A stretch of DNA of 64,000 nt from Tubiluchus corallicola (Eukaryota; Animalia; Priapulida), in contig JAQGDQ010000038.1 of NCBI GenBank assembly GCA_030141605.1, positions 744,001 through 808,000 of the forward strand, read 5' to 3'. The position numbers were made by a program, and so were the translations under genes. Within the stretch, counting starts at the first letter, position 1, and every line of letters starts with the position of its first letter. Under the pieces are notes generated by a model that made no database searches, had not been told where the DNA came from, and saw nothing but the letters and a program-made list of their open reading frames with translations. Shown here piece after piece: positions 27,130 through 39,489 of this stretch.

Positions 27130-29330
27130 CTTTTACTTTTGCAGTTATTCGCTGTACATGCTCGTTCGTGTTAATCAGCACGTAGTCAGCACGCAAGAAT
27201 CTGGCTCGTTTCTGGGGAAGATCTTGGCAGCTTGCCAGCTTCAAGCCAAAAGAAATTTTGACAAATTTATGGTAATAGAATTTGTTTTGCATTACTAGTG
27301 TCATAAATTTAGTAGTAAAAGAGTTTCTAGACTCTTTCTAAAAGCACAGCTGTATAAAAACACAGAGAAAGTATCAAGCGATTTAACTGCTCATCCATTA
27401 TTAATAAGGCTTTTCACAGTTCGAGCGATTGATAATGATTGCAAAAAGGGCAAAGCTTAAGAGTATCAGACAAAACAAGTGTGCTTGCACTTGACAACGC
27501 CTCACAGCCCATGCTATTGTAACAATTTTAACAGCTAGCTATAATCTTACCTAGTTCGTTTTTTCTTGTTGCCAAGGAAGTTCCTGCTAGTAAATCACTC
27601 TACATGTATTGATGCACAGATTGATGCATAATTAAGTAAAGTCCACATAAAACAACAAGGAAATGGTGTTGCAACTGAAGCTACTGAACTGATGTGTCAG
27701 ACGGTTTTCCTTTACCATATTTCACATGCTGATTGTAGTTAAGACGCATAATGCTAACCTTTGACCTACAGTAGCTGTGCGTGCGCATAGCGAAACTGCG
27801 AGAAGTTTGTAGGTCTAAAATTATTTTTTATTTTTTTTAGAGTAGCCAACAGAGGGCAATTGAAGAAGCTAAAGCTGTAAAAAGTAAAAAATGTGGGATT
27901 CTCCCATTTGTGCACAATTTTGGGGTAATATGCCACTATGTGCAGTAGTTTTAAATACTGGTTAAAAATTAAGGATTTTTATCAGTGAATTAACTGTCAT
28001 TGCATTGGATTGTTTCTGGGCATAGGGACTGATTGATGGATGTTTATGGAAATATTTATGTTTTAGGAAATGTAATCGTGGATTATGTGACATTATATTT
28101 CATTTATTTGGGTAAACTTTCTAACATAAGGCTTCGTAGACAATTTATGATCTTTGAAATGAAAAATATTGTTAGAAACTGCAAACTAGCAGAATATAGA
28201 TGCTGTACAATTGTAACAAAATTTGGAGTATGCTGTTTGCCATACATTAATCAAGAGGTGTATAGATTTGTAAATTATTTGAGACATTCAACTGTTGTCA
28301 TTGTAATTGATGTCATTGCATATTGGCTTTGTTGCGAGTCAGAGAGGCACCACCGTGGTAGAGTTCAGTACAGCTATCTTATCTAATAGAGGCATTGTAT
28401 TTATAATATGTAAAGTCTTAATAATGAAGTTGTTAGTGTTTACATTATCACTATGATCATTCAAGATCACTTCGTTGGCAAGAATTGCTGTGAGAACAAA
28501 GCAGAAATGCAACAGTTTTTCTTTCATAGAATCCATTTCTTAAATCCAGATAACACTTGTGACACTAGTCTTCAAAAATCATTTTTGGTTTTTAGGATTT
28601 TGCTGAGCAAGCGGAGAATATTTTCCGTGCTTCGGAGAGATACTCAGATCTAGAAAAATGGTACAGTAGGTTAATTAAGACGATGTTTGATGCTATCGTG
28701 CGTATTGCTGGCGAACACCAGAAAACACCTGTTGAAGTCGTACAATTTGGTAATTTTTAACTTTGGTCAGATTTTAAAAGTTGGCAATTTTTTATTGTAA
28801 TTATATAAGCACTTACAAATGTAACTTTGTGGATGTCAGATACATTACTTTCTTGTCTTCAAAATGCATTCGGTGCACTGGCCATCAACTGTGTCCCTTA
28901 AATGTTTAGTGTATGCTCTTTTGCTGACATATTTAAAATTGTTGCATAATTGTATAGTAATCTTATTTTGTTTTTTTTTTCAGAAAATTTTCACCACTTG
29001 AATTGTAAGTATTTTTGTACTTTCGCATTACTTTATTTTTAAGTCATTGCCAGTGTTTACCACTTTGATAAATAAGAAGTGTCGTTTAATTGCTGCTAGT
29101 AAAGGATATTGTAAACTAAGTTACAATCGTGTTTCCTATTTTTTTTAATTTTGTAAGTTTTTTGCACTTGATATGCACTTTGCTAAACTTTCAATTATTG
29201 GTTAGCAACACTATCGAGGTTGAAGATACCATGTCTGGAGAGTGAAAAGAAGGAAACTAAACGATTGTGTAATGAACAAATTGCTGCTTACGTCACAACC
29301 TACCTAGGACGTCCTCTTGAAAAATTAAAT
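15885..29330 (+). CDS. EXOC1: Exocyst complex component 1 (Sec3); C-terminal exons not found
   Basis: Exons 15885-16008, 17849-17979, 18332-18427, 19078-19144, 20443-20630, 21239-21364, 21781-21882, 23905-24037, 24205-24314, 25132-25302, 25574-25685, 26304-26530, 26822-26955, 27145-27271, 27841-27924, 28596-28749, 28984-29004 and 29206-29330, all GT-AG and phase-consistent. Translation: [90 protein letters not shown]. Confidence 0.93.
22475..23014. mobile_element. hAT-type MITE in an EXOC1 intron
   Basis: Ends CAGTAGCGGCTCGT ... ACGACCCACCACCACTG, with a perfect 8-bp target-site duplication ATTTTAAG (22467-22474 and 23015-23022). Confidence 0.8.
27073..27126. repeat. (TA)n microsatellite
   Basis: Direct reading; lies just upstream of the EXOC1 acceptor at 27145. 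Confidence 0.95.
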
Positions 29331-29937
29331 GTAAGCATCACTGCATTGCTAGCTTGTAGTAATTTAGTTAGTATAAGTATGAGTATCTTGATTTGTTATG
29401 CCAGTTAAATATGAAATTTAATTTATTAGCAAGGTTAGTCCTCAAAAATGACACGCTGTACCAGAAGCAAATTTTTAGCCGCATTCAGATGCTTGTGCAT
29501 CCTCACTCGTGGCAGTATACCAGATGAAACTACCTAGAAGCACTTTTGCTGCAGCACCCAAATATAGACCTGGTGCTTAACTTTTAGCCAAATATTGTTA
29601 CCATTTCTTGTTGGTTTACCAGTTCATTTTATAAAACAACTTGAAGCAACCTAATCAGAACTGCCAGTTTTGAATGCGCTGTAGTGGCTTGTTAATCGTG
29701 AATGCTGCTTGTTCTTAATGTTTTGTAATCAATTGAATATTAACACAATAATGCACATTAACTAATTTAAGCTTATGTTATTTTTTGTATTGGTGACGTT
29801 TTAGTGTATTTTTGGTAATTTGGAAAATAATCTTATAAACGTCATGATATTATTTTAGCTTATTTAAAAAGACACTGTAAGTAACTGGTCACTGTAGTTT
29901 AACTATTATTCTTTTTAGTAAGTAGTTTTTTGTAAAA

Positions 29938-30093
29938 AACATTTATTTGGTTATACGAGAACAAAAGATATGTCCATTAATTTTAACTCAGGTCAAGGTC
30001 AGATTGCCTCTTAACATTTATTTGGTTATACGAGAACAAAAGATATGTCCATTCATTTTAACTCAGGTCAATGTCAGAATGCCTCATAACATT
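29938..30093. repeat. 75-bp tandem duplication (~2 copies)
   Basis: aacatttatttggttatacgagaacaaaagatatgtccatt... starts at 29938 and again at 30013. Confidence 0.9.
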
Positions 30094-30449
30094 GTCACAT
30101 AAATTTTGTTCCATAATTGGGTGACATTCAGTGTTAATGTGGAGCAGTGTAAAGACTCTCCAAATTGCAATCTCAGCCCAACTTAGTCTGTTCTAGTAAT
30201 AAATCTAACGGGAGCAATTTTGTAGAGATTAATGGACAAGACCTAACAACACTCTAACTCACTGCTAACTTGACACACAAACCATGGGACTTTGGGACTG
30301 TTGGACCTCAAGGCTTGGGTAGCCCGAAATAGAAGGTTGTCCAGTCTCAACATAGCAACCATTGAGTACCACTGAGAAGGCAGTGTATCAGCCTTTTTAT
30401 AACTTTCAGATGTCTTCAGATAACCATTTTCGTTTTACCGCAGCTATAC

Positions 30450-30457
30450 GTGCAGCT

Positions 30458-30488
<31 letters not shown>

Positions 30489-30600
30489 TTGCTGTCGCTG
30501 TCGTTGATGTTGTTGTCGTTATGCTATCATTGCTATCAGTAGCATCATTGTTGATCATTGCGGGTATTGTTGTCATTATCACTGTTATTGCTATTGTGGC
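30450..30600. repeat. Degenerate (GCT/GTT)n trinucleotide repeat
   Basis: gctgctgctgttgttgttgttgttgctgctgctgttgctgtcgctgtcgttgatgttgttgtc. Confidence 0.85.
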
Positions 30601-30719
30601 TAACATAAACGCCGTTGCAAACAAAATAAGATATTTCATTTCAGAGGTTTCATACTTTCCTGCCCTCGGCAATGTTAAACTCTTAACTTATTAAATTAAT
30701 AAGTCAATAGGTTTAATAC

Positions 30720-31543
30720 CTTACTGTCATAAATGTAGAGGCGACCATCGACAACAATGCAGTACTTCTCCCTCCAAGAACTAAAGTAGCCGAGAAGTAT
30801 TGCAGGACCTTTGTGAAATTTATGCAAACGTCCCTTTTTGTCCACATTCACAGACTCAAAGGTTGAGGCATCTGGCATTCTCTACAGAAAAGAACGACTA
30901 GTGATGTTACAAGCCAGTAATTAATTCACTTTTGGTACCAAACTTGAAAGACTGAAAGTGTGGTCTAACTAGCTAAATCACTCTATTGTGAGCTGTCTAG
31001 CATTGGAAATGCCGAATTTGTCTTGCCAGCTTAAAGAAATGAATTTTGAAAGCAGTGTGTTTTGTAAGCAGAATGTTCAAATCCAGGCAGCATTCCATTT
31101 TTTACATTTCCTGCCTTTCAAGTATGGTATCAAAATTTATTTGGCTGTTGGTTCGTGCCATGTATATACACTTATTAGTATAAAAAAACCTTTAAATGGT
31201 GCAAAAAATTGCTGGACAATAACATAGACTAAACCAAAGAAACGACTCTTGCTACTTAACAAACCAGCCTGTTCAACCAAAAAATTTTTCTGGAAATTAT
31301 AGAAAAGGACTTATGAAATAAGTGGCAAATTTCGTGTCAAAAATGCTAGAGAATTTATGAAATTGGTTTTGAAAAAAATTTTAGTCCTCAGAATATTAAA
31401 TTTAATATTTGTACATAATTAACGAATATTTAAAATAAGAAGACATTGTTTTCTTATTTTAACTCTGAATAACGTACAGAACAACTTTCGGATATATGCA
31501 TTTCCCAGTTGTGGTGCTTGGCGGTAGGGGTTGAGATGATCAT
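30720..31543 (-). CDS. PH-domain protein (SKAP/SH3BP2-like adaptor), N-terminal exons only
   Basis: Exon 30881-30720 (TGTAG|AGA ... AAG|GTATTA) encodes RMPDASTFESVNVDKKGRLHKFHKGPAILLGYFSSWREKYCIVVDGRLYIYDSK, matching the PH beta1-beta3 pattern K.G.L.K...W..RY.V....LY.Y. A putative upstream phase-0 exon is 31543-31478 (MIISTPTAKHHNWEMHISESCS|GTACGT). No downstream exons were found. Confidence 0.6.
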
Positions 31544-32529
31544 ATCTTGACTTTAAGAAGTTTTTTAGTTTACTAAGCGAACATGGTAAAGTAATATCCT
31601 CATCTGAAAACTTGCAATAATTAAATTCAGTTGATTTAATATCTGTTCGAGTCTTGATCAACGTCGAAGCCATTTTGAAAACGGTTCATTATTTGTTTCA
31701 AAAGAAAATTGGAAAGTTAAAAAAGAATAAACTGTAGATAAGACGAAAATCAACACCAAACCACGGTCAAACTCAAAAATTTGATAACTGTGCGAATTTC
31801 ACTTATTAATTTGATTACCTTTTTCTTGGTGGCTACCTTCCCAGTAGTACGTGCCATGCCATCTCTCACAAGGCGTAACTCACTGGCTATCGTCAAGGTG
31901 ATACAACGTGATTAAAACTTATGTCACAAGGAATGTATGTCAACGCTTAGAAACAGCAGCTTAACAGCACATAGAATCAAACGCAAAACGGATTTCTAGC
32001 ATTGGAAGCTACACTGTTCTTAGATGCAGGCAACTTCGGGTCTAACAAATGAACAAAACTCAGACCTACTTTGAGCCATGTATATACAGACCTACTTTGA
32101 GCCAAGCAAACAAAACAATCAAGCCTATTTCAGGGCTGTCTAGCTCTACTTCGGGCCTTTCAAACTTCAGCCCACAACGTCAAACCGTTTGTTCAGCATA
32201 AGCTTTACAAAGAAAAATTAATCTATTCCATATACGATTTAAGCTAACACCATAAAAAGGCCTACTTACATATGGCGACAGCTCCATTGCCTTGTCTAAA
32301 CGGTGCCCTTCGCTAAAAAACAGATTTAAATGGCCATGCTTATAGATCTAAATTTGACACCTGGCAGCCAGGCATATACTGACAGGTACAATGTTATGGC
32401 ATCAAGGGAAGGCGCGCCCTTAGAAAGGAAACTGTAATACGTAAAACATCCTGTGAACATGCACCAGCAGACACAAACGCTTTTTACATTACTGTATGCA
32501 TGATTATATAAATGTGTAAATGTGTATAT

Positions 32530-32531
32530 AT

Positions 32532-32562
<31 letters not shown>

Positions 32563-32580
32563 CGCGCGCGTGCGTGTGTG
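32530..32580. repeat. (TG)n(CG)n alternating purine-pyrimidine microsatellite
   Basis: tgtgtgtgtgtgtgtgtgtgtgtgcgcgcgcgcgcgcgcgtgcgtgtgtg. Confidence 0.95.
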
Positions 32581-34781
32581 AACTGAAAAACTGGAAGAAA
32601 ATATGCACTGACTGTGTGCAACAGTTGTATATTATATACCTGCGAGATTAGAATTATAGAAATGATGATCTCAGCAAGATTTCGTCAATGTAAATCTGTG
32701 TAGGTGGGCTACATGCAGAAAATCACAGGTGATAAAAACGCATAAACGATAGCAACAGCAGATAAATTATGTTTTCTTTTTCTCTTAGAATAACTCTCTA
32801 AGTGTCTCAAACGCCCCCGACTCAACGCACTCCCAAACAAAACTGAGGAGCTCCTCATCTATAGTTTGCCAAAAGGTGAAAATTTTCTGTGGAATAACCG
32901 TTAGCCATAGCTATTCTCATTCTTCCTATTGTACAAAATGCTATTGAAGTACCCATTGTTTTGGGTATGAGTTTGAATATTGATGCAAGTTTGAAACAAT
33001 ATTGAAACAGAGTTTTACGCTGTTTTTCACCTAAAAAATGACATAAGATTAGCTGCCAAACTCCATACCATTACACTGTAAGAACACACCAACCAGTCAA
33101 GAATTTTTTAACAAGATGATGAAAATGCTTCAATGGACTGGTTTTAATTTTAATGCAGATTTGTTCTGGGGCATTATTTATAAATGCAAAATTAAGTTCT
33201 TTCTATTGGATGAAATATAGTTTTGCATTAAACTACACTTTGCTCCTAACATTAGGATGGTGGTGGCTTCTATGAACAAGAAAAAGAAATCATTATAAGC
33301 CCGTGCCCCCAATTTAGCTTGTGCTTAATTTAAACAGACTACATTCTGGAGCTTCTGGCACGACACTATTAAAATGTAATGTACAACAAATTAACATATA
33401 ATTTAATGAACATACAATATACAAATATTTACAATCATTACTTTTATTTTACAAAACATGATCACATTGTACAACTAATATAACAACTATTTCAATGTAG
33501 CTGACTAGATAACAATTCTGCCTATTTTACTGCTTGTTTTTTGCTTTTAGACTAAAACTACTCTTTGAAATTGTAAATATGTCTGCACTTAGTTTAACAT
33601 TCAAGTGTTCTAACTTATTACAAGTCAATGTTACTATGCATGACTGAGAACACTAGAGTCTAGACATTGCAAAGACAATGACTATTGCTAAGTATCAAAA
33701 CAACCTTGTGGAATGGAAGCAAAATGGGACACATATTGTAACTGCACAAAAAATATTTGCATCTAATTTGTACTGTAATGAATGGCAACGAGTAGACTTT
33801 TCTTAAAATCAATAAAAAATAATTGCTTTATAAAGATCTGGTGTTTACTTAGCTAAACAATACTTACTTTTAGCAAAACGATTAAAAAATAAACATCAGC
33901 CAAAACAGGCAAGTGTGAGCCTTTCTTCATAGATATTTCATTCTTAATTTATTCAATAATGTGCATGTAAAGGACCAGCACTAAATTTCCAAACCAATTT
34001 TGCATAAATTGTGCCTAATCTGATGAAGGTGACATTTAATGTAACATAACAATGATTGAGGTTGCTTTCTATTTCACATCCGGTGAACTTTTGTCCAATT
34101 AGTTGGGCTTGCAAAAATTCATGCTCATTTTATGTTTGCTAAAACAATTTCAAAGTTAGACTTATGAATTGAAAAACTTCACTATGATAAATTTGGCAAA
34201 ACAATAACAAATCACAATGAAAACTGACAACTTTATACACAAAACTTCATTTCAACCATTGAGGAATGTTTATCAGACGTTTAGCTTCACATGTAAGATG
34301 AAAAATATCACACCAAGCACAAGCGCTGCATACAACCACCACGAAAAATAAGAAACATTTCAGGAATTGTGACAACTAGTTTCATATTAACAGTTCACAT
34401 TCATCTTCATGCTAGTTCAACAACAATGAGCGAATGGCCAAACCTGTGGCCACAAGGCATATCATTCTTTTATCACTTTAAGTAGTCATTTGTTTCTGCT
34501 AATGCAATTTATGTCAGTTAGCACAGTGTGCAAAATTGCTGTAAACACTTTCAGCAGACACTCAATACACACCCCACCATTACAAAGGCTAGCAAATTGC
34601 CAAGTCAGACATAATCTTCTTGGGGACACTTTTTCAGCTTCAACACAACGAGCAATCAACCAGTGAGACTACTATTCAAATAACTCTGTATCCTTGGAAT
34701 CTCCTAATCATACTAATGAGCACAAGTATTTCGCTCTGTACTATATCCTATTATCCATGATTATCCAAAACATTGTTTCAT

Positions 34782-37700
34782 CTATACAGGAGTGATACAC
34801 TTTAATTCCTCTTGTTCATCTTCATCCTCATTTTCTGTTAGTAAGAGAGGCCGATTTCCAGTGCTCTCGCTAGACGTTGAGGGAGTAGTTGATCGAGGTA
34901 GACCCATCACAGCATGGCGACCTAGTAACTCATAATTTGGAGTTCTCACGGAAGCTGTCGTCGCCCTGCCCGAAATCACACTTTTTTCAGAAGTGCCTGT
35001 GATGCTCTTCCTTTTTGGAGAAGACCATGCCTTCCAGCTTCCTTTAAAACCTCTGCTGCTACTGCTTTCTGGTCTGTCTACTTTTGGAGTGAATCTCAAG
35101 CTCTTTACACTATTAAAATAGAAAAAAAATTAAAGAAGATATTAATTTAACTGACAATGCATGGAAAAATATACGTAGTAATTTCTATGCTCACTTGAAG
35201 TTAACGTTAATTTTTAACTTTCAACAAAATAACATTGTACCAACTGCAGAACACTGTACAATAATAAGACACTTACGAAATGAGTAATTCTTTTAACAAA
35301 TCTGTATATTCTTTGTATTCTTTAATACCAAATTCCTGAAAATCAAACATAACATTAAACCTTATATAATGATGTTACAATATCTAAAAAGTACTTTAAA
35401 TAAACCAAGCTTGATTTCAATGCATGGCATTATTAGAATATAAGAAAAAACTTTAGCTAGCATGATCTATCTCTTCCGCTGCACATTTGGTTCATTTGGT
35501 AATAAAAAAATTAGCAAGAATTTCTTATTCAGCACAAAAGCTAATACACTAATAATTCATTTTAGAAAATGAAAATTACACTAATGAATATATATGGCTC
35601 ACTTTGCACAAGCTAAAAATGTACCTATGAATGTGATATTACACTTCTAAAGGATGTTTAGAAGAACTGGTTGTCGCATTTTAGAACAACAGTGAATACT
35701 ACATGAATTTTCAACTCCATACTTGAGCAGTCATATCTCAATGACTTCACGATTTTGAGTCCTGACTTTCAAGATTTTTTTACCCCATAGAGAATCGTGT
35801 TTGACTTGTCAAATTTACTGTTATCCAGGCACATAATGCTGTCACGGCCAGAAAACTTCAACCATCAGTGACACTGTACCTATGAGCGGTGAACATTTGA
35901 GGTCATAGAATTAATTAGGGGTAATAAATGATCTTTCACATTAAATGTAGAAAGCCTTGTCCTGGTCGACGGATTTGACTGCAAATGTTAAAACGCTAAT
36001 TAAGCAAATAGTGAAAAGCAAACATTTTCTTTACTTTTGCAATTTCTATTCAAAAATCGTAAAACCACAGAACATACTGCAGGATCGTGTCTAGCATCTT
36101 CATACAGCTGTGCTAATCTTGCTACTGAATGGGGATTTGCTTTGCGCAAAGCATCTTTCTGTAATCCCAGCAGAAACATGTGCATACTCTTGCCAGGCTT
36201 CCGGTGAATCCGATGATCATAATCTCGTAATTCTTTGTCTGGAAAATTAAGAACAAACACATCAACAGTGAATGCTTATTAAAGTAAATGCCAACTTGAA
36301 ATGATGGCACATCAAGGTAAATAAGAGCTCTTGAAGTGCAAAATACTTATTAGGCCCAATAAGTTAAAATGTTCCTTACTAAAACTAGTCAAGAAGCATG
36401 TGTGAACAAGTAAATTCTCTAAAATACATCATCAGTAATTTGCAGAATGAGTCCAAGATCACGTAATGTTGCCCAACCAATCTGAATAATTAGCATAAAA
36501 GCTACTGTCCAAATGGAATCTCAAGTGATTTGTCAGATGATCAAGTTAGACCAAAGACTAAAACTTGCAAATGGGATAGTGATTCTGTTAATACAGTAGC
36601 ATTTGATACGTACCTAATAATGAAAATGAATCGATGGCTTTCATCCGATAACAGAAACTGAAGTTTTCTGCAACAAAGACATAAAGAGATGCTACAAATA
36701 TGAAATGAAATGCTAAATGGAAAATAATTGCGGATTTCTGACATAGTCCTATCCCTCCCTGATGCAAACTCAGTGCAAAATCATTGCCAAACGTTTAACA
36801 ATTTCTCGACATAACTGCATAATGTAAGTTAAGATACAGTTTAAATTTGCTTAGATAAATCAACTACACTTCATATCAGCAAGGCCAACTAGCTAATGAG
36901 AATTACACAATAAACATATAAGTTAAGAAACAATAAACAATTAAGGAACTTGTATGAAATATTTTATTGACCGTGAAAAAACCAAGACTTCTGATCCAAT
37001 TCCAGTTGCAAGCAGTTAATCTCTAACAATAAAGTTAGTTTTAAATGTCAATATGAAAAAATTGCTGGAGATCAATAAAAAAAGAGAAAAATAATCTTGA
37101 CTTTTTCATTTCCAAATTTATCATGTCAGTAATGATTAATATTAGTCATATACCTAAAGCTGAAGGATCATCCATGTTGGCAGACACATTACTAAAAAGT
37201 TTTGGTTCGTATTTCACTTTTTGGGTACGATCCATTCTTCGATAAATTTCTTCAATTAAGTTCTAGAAATTAATTAGACATACAGTTATATATACTAATT
37301 TATTAACAGACTAAATCATGTTTCTGGTTTTGGATGTAAAGTTGGGGACACCTATACAAGTGCAGTCAGCTATGCCGATGACTTAACACTGTCTGCACCC
37401 AGTGTTTGCGCCCTTCAAAATACGCTAACTTTTTTTAATTTTTGCTTTAAAGTTTATGATTTGGGTGCTCAGAAATGCCAAGTTCTAGGGCATTAATTTG
37501 CTTCCTAGATCCTGCCAGAGGCAGAATGATTCCTAGTCTTTCTATGTTTCACACTCATTATTACATCAAATGGTTGGCAGGTTTGCAGCACTTAATAAAG
37601 TAGACTTGCATGCATCATAACATACCTTTGGTGCCTCAAAGCCTATCGGAACATGTGGACCTTTTCGAGATTTTAGTGCAAAGCGCATGATTTGCCTTTT

Positions 37701-39069
37701 AGCAAATATGAACAGAACAACAAAACTCTGAAAAGAAGAAAAGCTTCATATTTAATCTCATTCAAGTTTATAATATTATAAAAAAACACCAACGAATCGA
37801 ATTACTGAACAGATTCATTAAAAACAATCCAATTTGAGACCAGTTTGGATGGCTTGCAAAGAAAGACATGATCAGGTTAACAATAAGGCAAAACCATTTA
37901 TTTTTACTTATTGAGGGGGTAAGTGAGTGAGTTTATAAATACTATCTGGCTCAGAAACTCGAGTTTGCAGTTAATCAAGTCATGCTCTCATGAACAATGC
38001 ATGATAACTGAAAGATTTGCTAGGTTGCCAACATCAGATGTTATGTGAGTCCAATGAAAAACCCGGTTTATAGTAGTGGAGGGCAAAATCGACTACTAAT
38101 AATCAATTACTTGCCCTCAACTCTCTAGTATTGATTACTTTGTTAAGTAATCAAATATTAAATGATGACTTTTCATTATTGAATTTATAAAAAAATTGAA
38201 ATGCAAAAAATATAAAATGCATGTATAGCAAATAACAACATGTGTAAATCGCGGACGTAAACGTTTCGTGCGTCGAACAGCTAAAGTATAATTTAGTCAG
38301 TTTTCTCAAATCATGTTGTACCGATCTGGAACTCATTGTCTGCATATATGTTGATGGTGCACCCCTCGTAACTGCACAAAATATTAAGTTATTTAAAAGC
38401 CGCTTATATAAAGTCAACTTGCATAAATTCCTTGTACACAATAGACACATGTAAGCAGTTAATCTCTTTGTCTTTACCACACTCTTGTAAATATTTTATT
38501 TGTATGTTTTTGCCAACGTGTTTTATATTATATTGTTTTTATTGTAGACTGTATTTTACTTTTGGGCGTGAATAAAATAACATAAATAAATAAATAAACA
38601 CTTTCAAACGCAAAACTCGTTCAGCTCCACCTTCAGCGATTTCAGTTAAGCTTTAGTATGCACTGTGAGTACAGGTTTGTGTTAGCCACCCATTTTTAAA
38701 CAGACACCGCGGGCTATCTCAGTAATCGATTACTGCCTAAAAGTAATCGGTAATCGCGATTACTTGAAATCACTTGTATTGCCCACCACTAGCTTACGGT
38801 GTCGATCGTGTGACACAGGCCATACACACTTTAGTGAATCTACCCTATTTTTGCTTGAATCATCAAAAGAACGAAAACAATTTTTGTATGTCAAAATTTT
38901 ATTCACTAGTTTATTCAAAGCTTTTTAGTTACAAAAGCACATCTTTACCACTTACCAAAATGCCGAAAGCTATAAATAGAATCAAATTTATCCCAGCTAA
39001 ACCTTTTGGTTCTTTAGTAGTCGTTTCTGGTGCGACCGTAGTAATGTCTAATGTAATGTTTGAATCCAT
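34782..39069 (-). CDS. C1orf43: C1orf43 / NICE-3 family protein
   Basis: Exons 39069-38956, 37727-37626, 37262-37154, 36667-36614, 36238-36078, 35335-35277 and 35109-34782, phase-consistent. Motifs GINLILFIAFGILSFVVLFIFAKRQIMRFALKSRKGPHVPIGFEAPK, KYEPKL, YRMKAID and YEDARH match the NICE-3 family. Confidence 0.88.
37300..37430 (+). mobile_element. LINE reverse-transcriptase fragment (YADD motif) in a C1orf43 intron
   Basis: Translates as SGFGCKVGDTYTSAVSYADDLTLSAPSVCALQNTL, the catalytic-motif context of non-LTR retrotransposon RT. Confidence 0.75.
38074..38791. mobile_element. hAT-like MITE with a nested LINE 3' end
   Basis: TIRs TAGTGGAGGGCAA ... TTGCCCACCACTA; internal GTAATCGATTAC-type motifs; degraded 8-bp TSD GTTTATAG/GCTTACGG. 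Confidence 0.65.
38290..38600 (+). mobile_element. CR1-like LINE 3' end
   Basis: FSNHVVPIWNSL ... LVTAQNIKLFKSRLYKVNLHKFL (CR1 ORF2 C-terminal pattern, interrupted by a frameshift), followed by a (TAAA)n tail at ~38570-38598. Confidence 0.65.
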
Positions 39070-39489
39070 GCAAAATAATTTCCAAAAACCACTTTAAATG
39101 ATCAGCGGTCTTAAAGTTAAAATATATCAAGTGAACAAGAAAATTTTCACATAAGCATGTAAGCTGACATATTGGTTTTTCGTAACAAAAAGTGTGGGTA
39201 GTATCAGTTTATAAATCAAATCAAAATGCAAACACAAAATTATTTTAAATAAATTAAAAAATTATTAAAGATTGCACTGCAGTTTACGTTTTATTTTTCA
39301 ATTTTTTGGTTTAAGCAATACATTTAGGAAACTATTTTTTTTAACAAATACCACTTATACATGGCTGCCCCCGTGTTACAGCAAATATTACATGCTTAGT
39401 TACTTTTAATAAAATTTAGCACTTTCGATGTTTTTACGGGTAATATTAACAACGTTTCAAATAAATGTTGACAACCACAATACGCACTC
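39070..39489. promoter_or_regulatory. Putative bidirectional promoter between C1orf43 and MTHFS
   Basis: Divergent start codons only 420 bp apart (39069 minus, 39490 plus). Inferred from gene arrangement only. Confidence 0.5.

Noticed and set aside
30362-30694. Hydrophobic Ala/Val-rich ORF (+) and Thr/Ala-rich ORF (-)
   Set aside because: Products of a degenerate trinucleotide repeat.
31419-31673. 84-aa ORF as the first exon of the PH gene
   Set aside because: Its frame is not phase-compatible with the next acceptor at the best donor (GTACGT); a shorter exon in another frame fits.
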